64,000 bases of DNA from contig CAJFCJ010000013.1 in NCBI GenBank assembly GCA_904063045.1, positions 726,156 to 790,155 of the forward strand, given 5' to 3'. The notes beneath the pieces are model-generated. The model ran no database searches, had not been told where the DNA came from, and saw only the letters and a program-made list of their open reading frames with translations. Shown here one piece after another: positions 62,596-64,000 of this stretch. The first letter of the stretch is position 1; each line of letters opens with the position of its first letter. A program made the position numbers and the translations under genes. The stretch is from Dimorphilus gyrociliatus (taxonomy: Eukaryota > Animalia > Annelida).

Positions 62596-64000
62596 AGTTA
62601 TTCTATTTGAATACATTCTCTGAAAGCTAAAGAATTTTTGCTTTTTTTCGTTGCTATCAGTTTTCGATACCTAATATGCGCTCTTTGTGGTGACCCTATT
62701 TTAAGAAAGACATTTAGCACTATAGTTAAAAATCTCTTTACTGAGGGTATCTAAAGATTTTTCCATAGCAATTTGTCTATTAGCATTGTATATAGGCTTA
62801 AATGAAAAAAGCACAATGGGAAGTTTTCAATAAAATATTGTTCCCATAAGCTCAGCTTAAACCATCTATGTCTCAAATTTTAAATCCCAAAGTTTAAAAA
62901 CAAATATCAAAACGGCATGTTTATTGGACAAAAGATATAACATAAAAACTATGACCACATTTTCCTGTCAAAACATGAGAATTTAAAGTATTTACGAGTA
63001 TACGACCAAGGAAACAATTAGGTATAATTCAAGACCAAGGCTACCTTAATTTAAAGACTTTTCCAACAGATTTTAATAAAACTAATTTCACTTACTAACA
63101 ACAACTACAAAATCACTGCTATATGGAGACAGTATACTAGACCGGCATTTGCAATAAATTACACAATATAGTTACCGATTCAATTAGGTATTCTCTGAAA
63201 ATGAGAAGAGATACTATTTAAACATTTTCACAACATGCCATATCCAAAATAGCTCAAAAATTCCTCCATTACCAATTAACATGATATTGCAAACAAAAAG
63301 GAATTTCTTCGATACTCTTATTAAAATTGAGACGAACTTCAAAATAGCTGATAACAGTCCTTTTACGAAAATGATGCACAATGCATACAATGAATACAGT
63401 AAATTTCGGTAGAACTTTACGAAGGAACGCTTTAACGCTGTTCATTACCGCAAAAAGCTCTGGCTTTTTTATGCGGCTAAAAAGTAGTTACTGAGTAAAT
63501 TTGCTCCCCACTCGACTAATATCACAATTATGTTTATATACTGACTATGTACTAATTACGCTTTTTGTTTCAAAGTCTACAAATATGAATCCAGCCAAAT
63601 TTGCGTATTCAATATATAAAAAAAGTTATTACTATTCTGTTTGAATAAGCGTAAATTAAGAATATATTGGAAATAAAAGTATGAAGTCATGTAAAAATTG
63701 ATTATTTCTATTTTTACTCTTTATCTCTACAATTTCCTTTCTCTTCTTAAATCTTTATTTCTCCCACATTCTCATCCTTTTGTTCACCTACAACATCTTT
63801 ATATTATTTTCCTTTTCAAATAATATTCCCAAGTCAAAGGTTAATATGAAGAATAACCTTCTTCTTCAGTCAAAGAATAGGAAGATAATTAAATTTTTTC
63901 CATCCATTCTAGATGATTTACAATTTTTTTCTCATCCAAAAGATAAGCAGTACTGGTTAAATAAGACTATATGACATCTTAACAGTTACTCAGCTTCCGG

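Noticed and set aside
63188-63412. 74-codon open frame after an AG (VFSENEKRYYLNIF..)
   Set aside because: No compatible upstream exon and no recognisable domain; may be chance or a decayed fragment.

Overview
AT-rich (~70% A+T), gene-dense animal genomic DNA with many very short GT-AG introns (about 47-130 nt). It is most likely a compact-genome invertebrate; a lophotrochozoan such as the miniature annelid Dimorphilus would fit, but this is inference only. By hand-splicing the ORF fragments I can support 18 protein-coding genes: PPP1R15/GADD34-like (+), coiled-coil death-domain protein (-), p47phox/NOXO1-like PX-SH3-SH3 (-), LIX1-like (+), SGF29 (-), MTMR3/4 (+), RSRC2 (+), PDHX (-), an Ig-superfamily receptor (+), a WSCD-like sulfotransferase-fold protein (+), TMEM97 (-), a bacterial PhnD-like binding protein (-), LRRC56 (-), CEPT1/CHPT1 (+), 14-3-3 epsilon (+), KIAA1549-like (-), ZnT1/SLC30A1 (-) and RPL12 (+). 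Two unresolved exon clusters lie near 24 kb and 28-29.6 kb. No tRNA, rRNA, CRISPR array or transposase was recognised. Strongest leads: (1) a chained uORF1/uORF2/CDS leader plus a perfect ATF4-type CARE on the PPP1R15 gene; (2) an intron-containing, signal-peptide-less PhnD-type phosphonate-binding protein; (3) a WSCD-like protein with a destroyed catalytic signature; (4) a hairpin-enclosed candidate poison exon in 14-3-3 epsilon; (5) readable regulatory grammar (CTCF-like, MRE, CLEAR/CRE sites). All family assignments come from remembered motif similarity, not database searches.
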